Translations under genes and position numbers: made by a program
Notes under the pieces: generated by a model
Told to the model about the DNA's origin: nothing
Database searches by the model: none
What the model saw: only the letters and a program-made list of their open reading frames with translations
From: a virus
Taxonomy: Duplodnaviria > Caudoviricetes
Strand: one strand, 5' to 3'
Virus record (IMG/VR): IMGVR_UViG_3300044981_000315
Location: 1,588-65,587 of that record
Length of the DNA stretch: 64,000 bases
Shown: one piece after another, positions 39,075 to 49,000 of the stretch
How the letters are laid out: every line of letters begins with the position of its first letter
Numbering within the stretch: the stretch's first letter is position 1

Positions 39075-40020
39075 TTCTTTCGTAGGTGATATGCCAGACT
39101 TTTTTCCGGGCTATAATCCAGGACGCATTAAGGCGCGTGGCGAATTAATTGACGTTACCGATCAAGTTAATCTAATCGTACAATTTAGGGACATATCAGG
39201 AGCCCCCATCAATACGGACTCCTTTCCTCAAATTTCTATTGTTCAACCAAGTGGCTTGGTGCTGTTGGCTCCTACTTCAGTGGGAGTGACTCAATTTGAT
39301 ACTGGAAGATATTCCTATATTTTTACGGTGCCTATTAATGGACCGTACGGAGTTTTTAACGATGTTTGGAGTGGCTATATTAATGGTTTTCGTGTAGAGG
39401 CTACTTTAAGTTTTATCGTCAATCATACTCAAGTTCCAGCCATTAACACAGATGGTCATGTTCATTTGGGGGATGATCCGGGATTTGATTACTCCCAATG
39501 TGCCATCAAGAACATTAATAAGTTGATGAAGTCCTTAAGGGCCAGATTGAACAGTTCTGGAAAGTCCAAATCGGTAGATGGGTATGGCAACACCACGTAT
39601 GTGGATTGTGATATTTTCTCGGTCAGTATGTTAACCACTTTTCTTGCCACGGCTTTGTGGGATTTCAACCAAGTGCCTTATTTTACTTGGTTTACTTTCG
39701 ATGAAGATAGTTTTGTGGATCAATTTGGTGAAATATTGGTGGAAGGGGCTACGTTGTATGCGCTGGCTTCACAGGCGCTGATTGAAAGAGGTAGGGAGTT
39801 TCAGATTACCGATAATGGCCTCAATTTCTCACCTCCAACTGTGAGTGAGTTGTTGCAGACACAGTATAGTACTTTGTTATCGAATTATTGGGAAAAACTC
39901 AAGTATATTAAGAATTCACTCAGACCTCATCCAAAGGGACTTGGGGTATTCTCAATGAATAGTGGGCTGAACCCGGCTTTTGCGAGAATGAGGCACTTGA
40001 GAGCCCGTAGAATAGTGTGA
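39067..40020 (+). CDS. Head-tail adaptor/neck protein with an N-terminal Ig-like domain
   Basis: Helical C-domain ALWDFNQVP..EILVEGATLYAL..EFQITDNGLNF resembles adaptor proteins; synteny. Confidence 0.55.
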   Translation: MTNSFVGDMPDFFPGYNPGRIKARGELIDVTDQVNLIVQFRDISGAPINTDSFPQISIVQPSGLVLLAPTSVGVTQFDTGRYSYIFTVPINGPYGVFNDVWSGYINGFRVEATLSFIVNHTQVPAINTDGHVHLGDDPGFDYSQCAIKNINKLMKSLRARLNSSGKSKSVDGYGNTTYVDCDIFSVSMLTTFLATALWDFNQVPYFTWFTFDEDSFVDQFGEILVEGATLYALASQALIERGREFQITDNGLNFSPPTVSELLQTQYSTLLSNYWEKLKYIKNSLRPHPKGLGVFSMNSGLNPAFARMRHLRARRIV

Positions 40021-40024
40021 TATA

Positions 40025-40900
40025 TCAAGCACTTACACGCTCTTTTAGCCATTCATCGTTTGGATATTTGGTCAATAAATAGTTGATGGCAATAGACTTT
40101 TTTCGTTCCATCCATACCGGTGGATCGTGGTATAGGAACTTAACTATTTGATAGATATTTTTATACCCACCATATTCAACTACTTTAACGAAATTAGTAT
40201 TTTTCTGCGATCCCAATTTCGTTTTTGATATATGGCACCTATCAATCAAAATTTCTTGGAATGTTTGTGCAAATTCTGTTGGTGCGATAAAATTGAAGTT
40301 CAGAAGTTTTACATCTGGTTTTTTATAGTGTGTTTTTAGGCAAAAGCTGCCATCACTATCTACCAAGCCTAACATATAATAACATAAGAGCGTCTTTGAT
40401 AGTTTTGGAAAGTCCATATAATGAGTTTTGTCTTTATGAAACCCATATTTTCTTAAATCGGATACTATTTTTTTATTAGTCAATCGCAATTCATATGACA
40501 TAGAGAAGGTACCGTCATTTTTGAGCCCATTATTTTTTAATGTAATAGGATGATTAGACTGTAAAAACTCTCGCAATTTATATACATATTCTTTATCGGA
40601 CTGCTCCAACGATAGTCCAATATCGTTATCGTCAGTTATCCAGCCATCACCAGTTAGCATACCCAACCAGTAAGCCTTTTCAGGCGTATTTATGTTCTCG
40701 AAAATATCTTCGTTTATAGCATATTTTTGTTGGCAGTGTGAAAAATCACGTAGTAAAATATCTTGCTCTCGTAGGAGGGCGTTGATAGTTTGTTTAGAGC
40801 AGTTAAATTGTTTTCCAATTTGTTTACACGATGTTCTACTCTGATATAATTCGATGATTTTGCTAGTTTCTTGTTCGCTAAATATTATTTTCTTTGGCAT
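40025..40900 (-). CDS. Free-standing LAGLIDADG homing endonuclease
   Basis: YWLGMLTGDG and YMLGLVDSDG; FLYHDPPVWMERK; same architecture as 14467. Confidence 0.9.
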   Translation of the reverse strand: MPKKIIFSEQETSKIIELYQSRTSCKQIGKQFNCSKQTINALLREQDILLRDFSHCQQKYAINEDIFENINTPEKAYWLGMLTGDGWITDDNDIGLSLEQSDKEYVYKLREFLQSNHPITLKNNGLKNDGTFSMSYELRLTNKKIVSDLRKYGFHKDKTHYMDFPKLSKTLLCYYMLGLVDSDGSFCLKTHYKKPDVKLLNFNFIAPTEFAQTFQEILIDRCHISKTKLGSQKNTNFVKVVEYGGYKNIYQIVKFLYHDPPVWMERKKSIAINYLLTKYPNDEWLKERVSA

Positions 40901-40955
40901 AAGACCCTCACCTCACTATTATGGTGTCTTATGCATATAACACGAGAAAATTATT

Positions 40956-41519
40956 TTACAAGCCCGATAATTTCTCAAATATCTCAATTTCCCTCATCAA
41001 ACCCGCATGCTTATGCGACTGCCCCAAGGGAAAATTGACGATGATTTTGTCATGCATTTCTTGCCCGCCCCATAAGGTAATTTCCTCCACCTTAAATTGA
41101 ATGGCATGCATTTTCTTATCTTGCTTGGGCTCTTCTTCTGCATATGACAAGGTGATATGCGGTTTATATTCCTTAAATTGTTTGGAATATTCAATATTGG
41201 CTTGATCCAACTTTTGGGCCAATGTACCGCGCATGCGATGCAATTCCGTCGATTCCACTTTGGCAATGACGGCGCATTTGCCCTCTCGATGCCCCGGAAA
41301 GTGAGTAACCAAGGCGGTGCTAACGGTAAAGGGTTGCGTTTTGCCGGCTACTTCTTGGATAACGGGCAGGCATTTGGATATTTCCGAGACGGACCATTGA
41401 TCTCCAAAATACATTAAAGTAATGTGTAATTCGGCGGGATCCGATTTTTCGCCCGGCACCTGTATCTTGGAAAGGAGATGAGCCGCTTCGGGAGGAACTT
41501 GAATACCCATGAATGCCAT
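40956..41519 (-). CDS. 2H phosphoesterase (LigT/ThpR/Acb1-like)
   Basis: Two HxT motifs: LHITLMY and PHITLSY. Confidence 0.85.
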   Translation of the reverse strand: MAFMGIQVPPEAAHLLSKIQVPGEKSDPAELHITLMYFGDQWSVSEISKCLPVIQEVAGKTQPFTVSTALVTHFPGHREGKCAVIAKVESTELHRMRGTLAQKLDQANIEYSKQFKEYKPHITLSYAEEEPKQDKKMHAIQFKVEEITLWGGQEMHDKIIVNFPLGQSHKHAGLMREIEIFEKLSGL

Positions 41520-41547
41520 GTTAATATGACTATTTAAGCATATTTAT

Positions 41548-42276
41548 ATGTCCAAAAACGAAAAGATCCCACTTTCCCAGGTTAAGAAGCTGCCCTATCA
41601 ATCTCTTAACCGCATGATTAAGAAGATGCGTGAGTATCTGAAGAAAAACGAAGTGGTACAAAAGATGTTCAAGGAATATGAGGTGGATATCTCCGAGATC
41701 GATTTGATTCCGATGATGTTTGGCAATTTGGATGTTTCTGCCAAAACGGATCATGGTGTCATTATTTACAACTACCGACTATTAACGGATGGCGACTTCT
41801 TTAAGGACTTTTCCTATGGGGTGCATGAGATGACCCATTGGTTGCAACAAACCACCGGCAACAAAGCTACCAGAAGTTCGGATGATGGCAATTATTTGGA
41901 TAACCCGTACGAACAAGAAGGCTTCCAAAACCAAGTAGAATACATCTCCGATCAATTCGGTAAACCAGAAGCCGAAAAATATGTGGATGATTTGTTGGAA
42001 CATCATGAGGTGGATAGCAAGAAAGAGAAAGAGGAGAAGAAAGAAGTGTTGATGGCCAATGCTTCTCCAGAAACCAAGGTCAGAGTTAGTGCTATCAAAC
42101 GATTGCTTCAGAAATACCATCCCGATAACCCAGAGACGGCTGATGTGGAGAAGTTTTTGCTTCTCAAACAGGAATTGCACAAATTGCAGAATGAAGATTC
42201 CAAAGCCCTGGCAAGATCTCTGCCCTCATCATCAACGCCTAAAAGTCATCCTTGGGGTGATTGGTATAAACCATAA
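41548..42276 (+). CDS. HExxH zincin-like protein with a C-terminal J-domain-like HPD hairpin
   Basis: VHEMTHWLQ..YLDNPYEQEGF; then KRLLQKYHPDNPETADVEKFLLLKQ. Confidence 0.6.
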   Translation: MSKNEKIPLSQVKKLPYQSLNRMIKKMREYLKKNEVVQKMFKEYEVDISEIDLIPMMFGNLDVSAKTDHGVIIYNYRLLTDGDFFKDFSYGVHEMTHWLQQTTGNKATRSSDDGNYLDNPYEQEGFQNQVEYISDQFGKPEAEKYVDDLLEHHEVDSKKEKEEKKEVLMANASPETKVRVSAIKRLLQKYHPDNPETADVEKFLLLKQELHKLQNEDSKALARSLPSSSTPKSHPWGDWYKP

Positions 42277-42301
42277 ATTATTCATAATTTGATATTATGA
42301 T

Positions 42302-44281
42302 ATGGTTGAATATGCTTCTAAAGTTAGAGTAGGATTATCTCGAGTCTCCAGTCTCGGAGATGGTTATACCATTAATTTGCGGTGGTTTCAGGCTTATCCT
42401 AATGTACAGAGCAATAAAATTGCTTATCATATTTATTATGGCTCCAGAAGTCAAGATGTCATTCATGGTGCTGAAGAGCCTGATATTTTTGAGGAAGGTG
42501 TCAAACTAGTAGTTATTGACGGATCTTTAGAAGCTAATGTTATTAGTTTAACACCTGGACAATTGTATTGGTTCTGTGTGCGTCCTGTGGAGTATGATCC
42601 CACCATTTTTGATTTGGCTAATTTACCAGTAGCTTACGACAATATACGCTTTTATCCTAGTAGCATATTGAGTCAAAATATGACAGCTACTGATCTGATC
42701 GTGCCTTTAATGGATGTGACCGGATTTCCTAGCACTGGCATTGTCAAAGTTGGATATGAGTTAATTCTGTATACTGCCGTGGATGTGCCGGATAATGAAC
42801 TATTGGTCCCTGGAGGAATCGATCCTATCAGTGGTCATTTGCTTTTGCAACCTGATGGATATTACTATACTGCCAGCACAAATAATATAGGTCAAGGAAC
42901 CATAAACTCTTTAACTTTAGTGGGCGGGGATGTTAATGAAACTTGGAGCATCCGCTGTATTTTTATCCAGCGTGATAGTAGCGGTAATCCGATTGCTGGC
43001 ACTGCCAAATTTGAAGCTATCGGTTCTATTACCGGACCTCCAGTAGATGGCTATGGTAACTTTTTTGTTTGGTCAGTTAATGGGCCCGTGGTTTCTAATG
43101 GTTATTTGAGTTTTTCCATCACCGAAACGGTGCCTTTCGTACCCGGAGACAATTTTGTGGCGCAAGTGGTAGGAGCTGTACCGGGCGTCAATGGGGGTCG
43201 TGGTTTTGCCAATACCCCTATCACGCCTCACTACATTAATGGTTTTGATGGATATTACCGTCATAACCCACAAGTTCAAGTTTTCACTTTGACCGAATCT
43301 CGAATATTCGATAACATTTATGCGTGTCTGTCTCGTTTTGAGTATCCAAATTTCGCTTTTACTATTCTGGATGGATATAAACAAGTACCAATAGATTACT
43401 TGAGCACCGATGACTCCGCAGCTGATGCCGCTAACATTACTTTTCCTCCCTATGATTATTGTGGTTATCACAGAACGGATCCAGTTTTGTTATTGAACGG
43501 TACTTGTGTAGGCAGTTATATTGGGGGCCAAATGGGAGGTATTGATGCTAATGGTAATTATAGTTTGTATCGTGGCATGTCATTGCAACAACAAAATACC
43601 CAAAGAGAAGATGTATTATTGTCGGTAACTGGACAGCCGGCTGTGCTGATTAAAAGACAACAAACGGGCATCGTGTGTAGTTGTTATTTATCCACTAGCG
43701 AATATCCAGATGACCGTTGTCCTTTCTGCTATGGCACTAAGTTTGTCTTTGGATATGAGCAATATTTCAATCCTCTGGAATCGGATGGTCGTATTCTGGT
43801 AAGATTGGGGCCCACCGCTGAAAACCTCAAGATGCAAGAAGCAGGTTTAGAGTCCACTTTTCCCTTGGATATGTGGACCTTAACCGTGCCCACCGTTAAG
43901 ACGCGTGATGTCATTGTGCTATTCGATCAAGACGACAATGAATCCTTCCGATATGAAGTGGGGGATGTGATTAGAAATAACACCATTCTAGGTTTGGATG
44001 GCGGTCAACACTTGAAGACTTTCAGAATCCGAAAGACAGATCCAGCTTACCAAATCAGAATTTTCCGAAATACTTCGGAGTTCCCAGATACTCTCAATAC
44101 CACTTTGGGCTTTACTCCCGGAATCCCACCCCATACCCACACGGTGGTCGTCAACGAAAAAGTGTTGGCAGTTAGCCAAATTAATCAGACAACAGGAATT
44201 ACTCAAGGTCATAACCATCCTATAATTAATGGTGTGGTAATGGAAGTTCTGGGGCACACACATCAAATTTTGCTCCCCTGA
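42302..44281 (+). CDS. Multidomain neck/head-closure protein (FN3-like + sheath-like beta domain + Zn-binding stopper + His-rich tail)
   Basis: LTPGQLYWFCVRPV (FN3-like); CSC..CPFCYGTKFVFGY; HTH..GHNH..GHTH; five DGY motifs. Confidence 0.55.
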   Translation: MVEYASKVRVGLSRVSSLGDGYTINLRWFQAYPNVQSNKIAYHIYYGSRSQDVIHGAEEPDIFEEGVKLVVIDGSLEANVISLTPGQLYWFCVRPVEYDPTIFDLANLPVAYDNIRFYPSSILSQNMTATDLIVPLMDVTGFPSTGIVKVGYELILYTAVDVPDNELLVPGGIDPISGHLLLQPDGYYYTASTNNIGQGTINSLTLVGGDVNETWSIRCIFIQRDSSGNPIAGTAKFEAIGSITGPPVDGYGNFFVWSVNGPVVSNGYLSFSITETVPFVPGDNFVAQVVGAVPGVNGGRGFANTPITPHYINGFDGYYRHNPQVQVFTLTESRIFDNIYACLSRFEYPNFAFTILDGYKQVPIDYLSTDDSAADAANITFPPYDYCGYHRTDPVLLLNGTCVGSYIGGQMGGIDANGNYSLYRGMSLQQQNTQREDVLLSVTGQPAVLIKRQQTGIVCSCYLSTSEYPDDRCPFCYGTKFVFGYEQYFNPLESDGRILVRLGPTAENLKMQEAGLESTFPLDMWTLTVPTVKTRDVIVLFDQDDNESFRYEVGDVIRNNTILGLDGGQHLKTFRIRKTDPAYQIRIFRNTSEFPDTLNTTLGFTPGIPPHTHTVVVNEKVLAVSQINQTTGITQGHNHPIINGVVMEVLGHTHQILLP

Positions 44282-44288
44282 AATAGCC

Positions 44289-44302
44289 AATAAAAGAACA
44301 TA
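44289..44302 (+). promoter_or_regulatory. Candidate late promoter AATA-N6-CATA, 5 nt before a leaderless ATG
   Basis: AATAaaagaaCATAcaattATG; the same spacing recurs at many intergenic sites. Confidence 0.55.
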
Positions 44303-44307
44303 CAATT

Positions 44308-45471
44308 ATGTCCAAACCACTCACCCCCAATTATGTACCAGGCGTAGGTCGCTTAACCACCTATCGTTTGCAATTGGAAAACCATGTTAATGGAACTGAA
44401 TTCAGACAAAACGCCACCACCATAGATTTAGAGCCCAATCTTGAAGGTTTTACTACGGTGCAGGAAGCTTTGGCTGCTTTAATTTCTGATTTTCCTCCGG
44501 TTATTCCGTCAGCTACTGTTGGCATTACGTCTAGTAATCTGGGTTTAATTACTTTAGGTGGGGATTTGAGTGGGGTCGGCTCTACCGCTTTAACTCCACG
44601 AGTTGGTGGTTTACAAGGGCGTCCAGTACAAAATATAACACCATCAGTCGGACAAGTTTTAGCTTGGATTCCCGTCGTGGGAGGCGGCTTTGCTTGGGGT
44701 CCAGCCTCTTCTAGCGGTTCAGTTCCTGGTGGACCAGCTGGTGGTGATTTAGGAGGAACTTATCCTAATCCGACAGTGTTATCTGTAGCACATGTCACCA
44801 CTGGTGTGTTGCCCACCGCCAATCAAGCTGCTCAAACTATGGCAGGCGATGTTACTGGTACCACTGCCGCTTCAGTTGTATCAGCTATTAGTGGCGCTTC
44901 TCCTATTTTGATTACACCTGACATCTTAGAATTCACTGCTGGCACTGTTTCACCAACTATTACTCAAGCCATCACTACCTCATCACCAGCGGCTAATTTA
45001 ACTATTTCGGCTCAATCTACTACAGGTCCTGAGGGCGGCAATTTGATTCTTAATGCAGGAAATGGTACAAGCGTTTCTGGCGTTATTTCACTAAATATTA
45101 CAGGTGGTAACCAAGCGCTTGTTATTGGTAATGATGGATTACAATATGGCAAACCATTTACGTATCCAACTACACTGACATTTACTGGTACCCCTCCAAC
45201 CGCAACCTTAACTGCACAACAATTACAGTTTCCATATTTGGTTTTTAACGGAACTATATCGGATGAAAGTGTTATTGATTTTGGTTCAGTAACTATTGGA
45301 GCCACATGGATACTCGATTTAACTGCCTTCACTTTTGGAGGCAATACTATTCAATTAAAGGCTAACGGGATTCTTGGGGCAACAATGGCAATTGCTAATG
45401 GTACATCTTTATATCAGGTTGTTTGTGGTGGTCTCGGCGCCCTGTATGGTGTTGCTTTGGGACCATTCTAA
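44308..45471 (+). CDS. Collar/fibre protein sharing modules with 30497 and 32021
   Basis: GPAGGDLGGTYPNP and ANQAAQTMAGDVTGTTAAS. Confidence 0.6.
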   Translation: MSKPLTPNYVPGVGRLTTYRLQLENHVNGTEFRQNATTIDLEPNLEGFTTVQEALAALISDFPPVIPSATVGITSSNLGLITLGGDLSGVGSTALTPRVGGLQGRPVQNITPSVGQVLAWIPVVGGGFAWGPASSSGSVPGGPAGGDLGGTYPNPTVLSVAHVTTGVLPTANQAAQTMAGDVTGTTAASVVSAISGASPILITPDILEFTAGTVSPTITQAITTSSPAANLTISAQSTTGPEGGNLILNAGNGTSVSGVISLNITGGNQALVIGNDGLQYGKPFTYPTTLTFTGTPPTATLTAQQLQFPYLVFNGTISDESVIDFGSVTIGATWILDLTAFTFGGNTIQLKANGILGATMAIANGTSLYQVVCGGLGALYGVALGPF

Positions 45472-45540
45472 AATAAAAACCAATAATTACGTCGAAAATT
45501 GCAATATACCAATTATTTCGTATAAGTGCGAGGAGTTGCT

Positions 45541-45714
45541 ATGATTGATGCCGTTCAAATTACGCATATGATAGTATCTGGTTTAACCAGTGCAGCGGCA
45601 CTATATTTTAAGTCGGCTCATAGCAAACTACTTACAAAAGTAGCTATTTTGGAAGAAAGAATCCAAAACGAAAAGGAACGACTAGATAGGTTAGAAAGTG
45701 GTAGGAAAAAATGA
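45541..45714 (+). CDS. Small membrane/coiled-coil protein (holin-like)
   Basis: GAGGAG RBS; N-terminal hydrophobic stretch, then VAILEERIQ coiled coil. Confidence 0.45.
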   Translation: MIDAVQITHMIVSGLTSAAALYFKSAHSKLLTKVAILEERIQNEKERLDRLESGRKK

Positions 45715-46085
45715 ATATTTTTAATGGACTCGGAGAACTTATTACGTCTCCTTCTGGTATTTTTTCGCTTATTTCATTAGTGGTATTATCGGTGTTGACT
45801 TGGCATTTTCCTGCTTATATGGGTGGCGCTCCTTGGTGTGCATTCTTCGGAATTATTCCAGCCGCGCTTGGATATTTTGAGCATAAGGAGACTTTAGCTC
45901 AAATGAGTTTATCACAACAAACGCCTCCACCTCCGCTCGCTCCACTTTGCGATCCAGCAGCAACTATACCTCCTGCACCAGGCGCAACCACTACAACCGC
46001 AGCTCCTACGCCAGCCATTGTTGCGCCCACTACCGCTACCATAACTATTCCGTTAGCTAATCTGCCAGCCAGAGGAACACTTTAA
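45711..46085 (+). CDS. Two-TM membrane protein with a Pro/Thr-rich tail (holin-like)
   Basis: GIFSLISLVVLSVLTW and WCAFFGIIPAALGY hydrophobic segments. Confidence 0.5.
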   Translation: MNIFNGLGELITSPSGIFSLISLVVLSVLTWHFPAYMGGAPWCAFFGIIPAALGYFEHKETLAQMSLSQQTPPPPLAPLCDPAATIPPAPGATTTTAAPTPAIVAPTTATITIPLANLPARGTL

Positions 46086-46088
46086 CTC

Positions 46089-49000
46089 ATGAGCAACTAC
46101 CCCACTGCATTAGATACGGATGTTACGCTAACTCCAGTTAATGACAATTTGTCTCAAATTGGTGATATGGCGATCAACCAACTTCGTGACGCAGTATTTG
46201 CTATAGAGCAATATGTTGGTACCAATCCTAATGGTGTTAGCATTGAGTCCAGGTTAGGGCTCTTGGTCAATCAAGAGGGTATGATTAATTCTTCAGTTAT
46301 TACCTCTTTGGGTTTAGTGACGCTGCCCATTACGCAAGACCAAATTGCCGACAACGCTGGTATTCCAGAATCCAAATTACAGTTAAACTTTCCAACTCTT
46401 ACTTTGTATAACTACATCAGAGATTTATCTAAAGATGTTAATTTGGCTTTGGGTTGGATCGCCGTAACTGGCTCCAAATTGGAACCGCATTTAATTGGTG
46501 CTATCTATCGTCACCAAATGTCAGATATTGATGTGAGTGAAAACCCTGCACAGTATTTGGATAACGTTTTCCGTACCCAACGCAATAATACTAATTCTTA
46601 TACTTTAGTTAATGATATCAACAACGAACTATTGGCTCATCAATGGGCAGATGGTTCCCCCTTTGGTACCCTACAAAATATCACGACTAATGATGGTTCC
46701 ACGTATCCATCTTACTACTCTCATGTAGCTAGTTCCATTTTTCTGGATACCAGCAGCTTTGTTACTATCTCGCAGACTGCCGATGACTTGCAGTTGTTTG
46801 CTGATTTTATTGATCACTCCAGCATTTTCTTGTTGGGTACTAGAATACAAAACTTGTATGCTAACGGCATTTCTAGAGTTTCCACTTCTTCTAGTTTATT
46901 GATTGATGGTTATGGTCAATCCATAGTTCCGTCTACTCCAGTCATTACTTATTTGCTAGGACAGTTCGGTAATAGTAGTTCCCCGATGGATAATATCAAT
47001 TTTGGTGATGATATCGTGCAATTTATGCCGACCAACACCTCTAATAATGTTTTTGCTTCACAGTTTGCTGCCGTTAATGTGGGAGATATTATCTATGTTA
47101 ATTATGGCACGGTAGAAGTTGGTTTTATTATTCAAGAGAAAAGATACAACCAAAATGGTGGTAATGCCGTTTATACTATCCGTATCAATGGCAAGAATTT
47201 AGCTTTTAATTCTACTACTGCTACCGCTTATATTGATCGCTCCCTCATCAACACCAATAAATATGGCGTGTTGGCGATGGCTCCTGCATTTATTCCAGGT
47301 GTTCCTCTTGGCGAACCTAGTCTCATCATTGGTAATCCTCGTGGTGCTCAGGCCCTAGGTAATGGTTTTGATGCTAGCCAGTTAAATAGCACTCATTACC
47401 TGCTATATTTAGGTTTATATCCTGATGGTATTCCTGCTGATGGTTATTCTATTTTACCAGCCATTGATATAACAGGTAATGCTGGTGCCACTCCAGGATC
47501 TTATACTTTGGATAGTGTAGTACAGACAGCCAATTTAGCTTTTAGACAACCCGGTTTTAACTATCGATTTATTGCGTTTGAGTATCAGGGTAATTTTGGT
47601 ATCATGCTTGCCGACCCATACAACAACGCTTCTTTCTCCATTTTCAATGGCGTAGTTAATAGTGTTGGAGGTTATGATCCTACTGCTACTGCTATTGCTT
47701 TTCCCAACAACGTGGTAGATGTTTTTACCGATGGATATGCTGCCGCCGTAGATCCTTTGGGATTTGGATTGGGTGGTGCTAATATCGCTAGCCCTCCATA
47801 TCAATCTTCTTACACCGTAGGATCAGCCTCTCTACCCACTCAATTATTTGTGCCACTCAAGAGAAATAACTATTACGTTAACGGTGTAGAAAAAGAGGAA
47901 ATGGCTCCAGACGGATATCAAGTTACCGACACTTATGGTGATGGATACTGGGTAGCTACGGTAGACGGTTATTATATTAATCCAGGCGTTAGTGTAGAAA
48001 AAACTTATAGTATTACATATGATTTATCTGCTACAGGACTAGAAGTAGGTAAAACCATCGTAGTGCAATCTTTGGGAGGAGATGGAACTTTTCCATTAGA
48101 TTTTGGTCGATTCATTATTAGTGCCGTTAATTTTGGTTGCTGTCCCAATGCTAGCACCACTATCACGGTGTACGATTCTGTTCAGGGTATTGGTTTTTCA
48201 CCAGATAGTACGTCCGGAACCAATACTATTACAAGTGGAAAAGTAGCTATTTATTTTAGTTCCGATTCTGTCTCATTTAATGCGGAGTCAGCTACCGATT
48301 TTAGTGCAGTTAATTTCCCATTCAAGAGACATTTTGAGGTATACATCGATCAAAATGCTCATACTTTCACTCATGAGAGAGGAAGGATGAATGTCTCTGG
48401 ATCTAATCAGCTCATTAATCCTCCATCAGTGGGTGGTATAACTTTAGCTAGCACCCCAAGTCTTTCCTATTTTGACCTAGTAGCCATCTCTCCTAAATTG
48501 CGTGGCTATCCATTTGGTAATGGTGTAACTAAAATTACACTTAATATACTTAGTTACAACAGTGTTACTGGTGTATATTCTGGATATTTATGCTCCAGTT
48601 TAGGCAATAATTTGGGACCACTCACTGTTGGTAAGCAGGGAGAGATAACTAGGTTCTATGATGAGACTAATATTGACTACATCGATATTAATCTAAACTC
48701 TACTGTTGCTATTAGTTCTTTTGCTAACCAGCAAATTGATATCCAATTGTTCCCAACTTTGGCACTAGACGAACAGATTATGATTTTGGGAAGTTGCCAG
48801 TTAAACGATACGAACCAACAACTAACTTATCTGACCGATAGACGACAGTTTGGTAATGTTAGCGAGGCACAACTAACTACTTCTGCTCTAGATTATATTG
48901 CAGCTCCTACTCGACTTCTCCAAGAGAATGGCATTGTCAGGGGCTTTGATGTAGTTTCTTCGCCTACAGGTGCCGCACCTTTTTCCAGCGAAATAGTAAT

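Noticed and set aside
14467-40900. Group I introns or inteins hosting the four homing endonucleases
   Set aside because: Flanking genes appear complete with their own starts and stops, and no intein C/S..HN junctions were seen; the endonucleases look free-standing
29172-41519. CBASS operon (patatin + nucleotidyltransferase + 2H enzyme)
   Set aside because: The genes are far apart, and the nucleotidyltransferase has class II CCA motifs, not CD-NTase features
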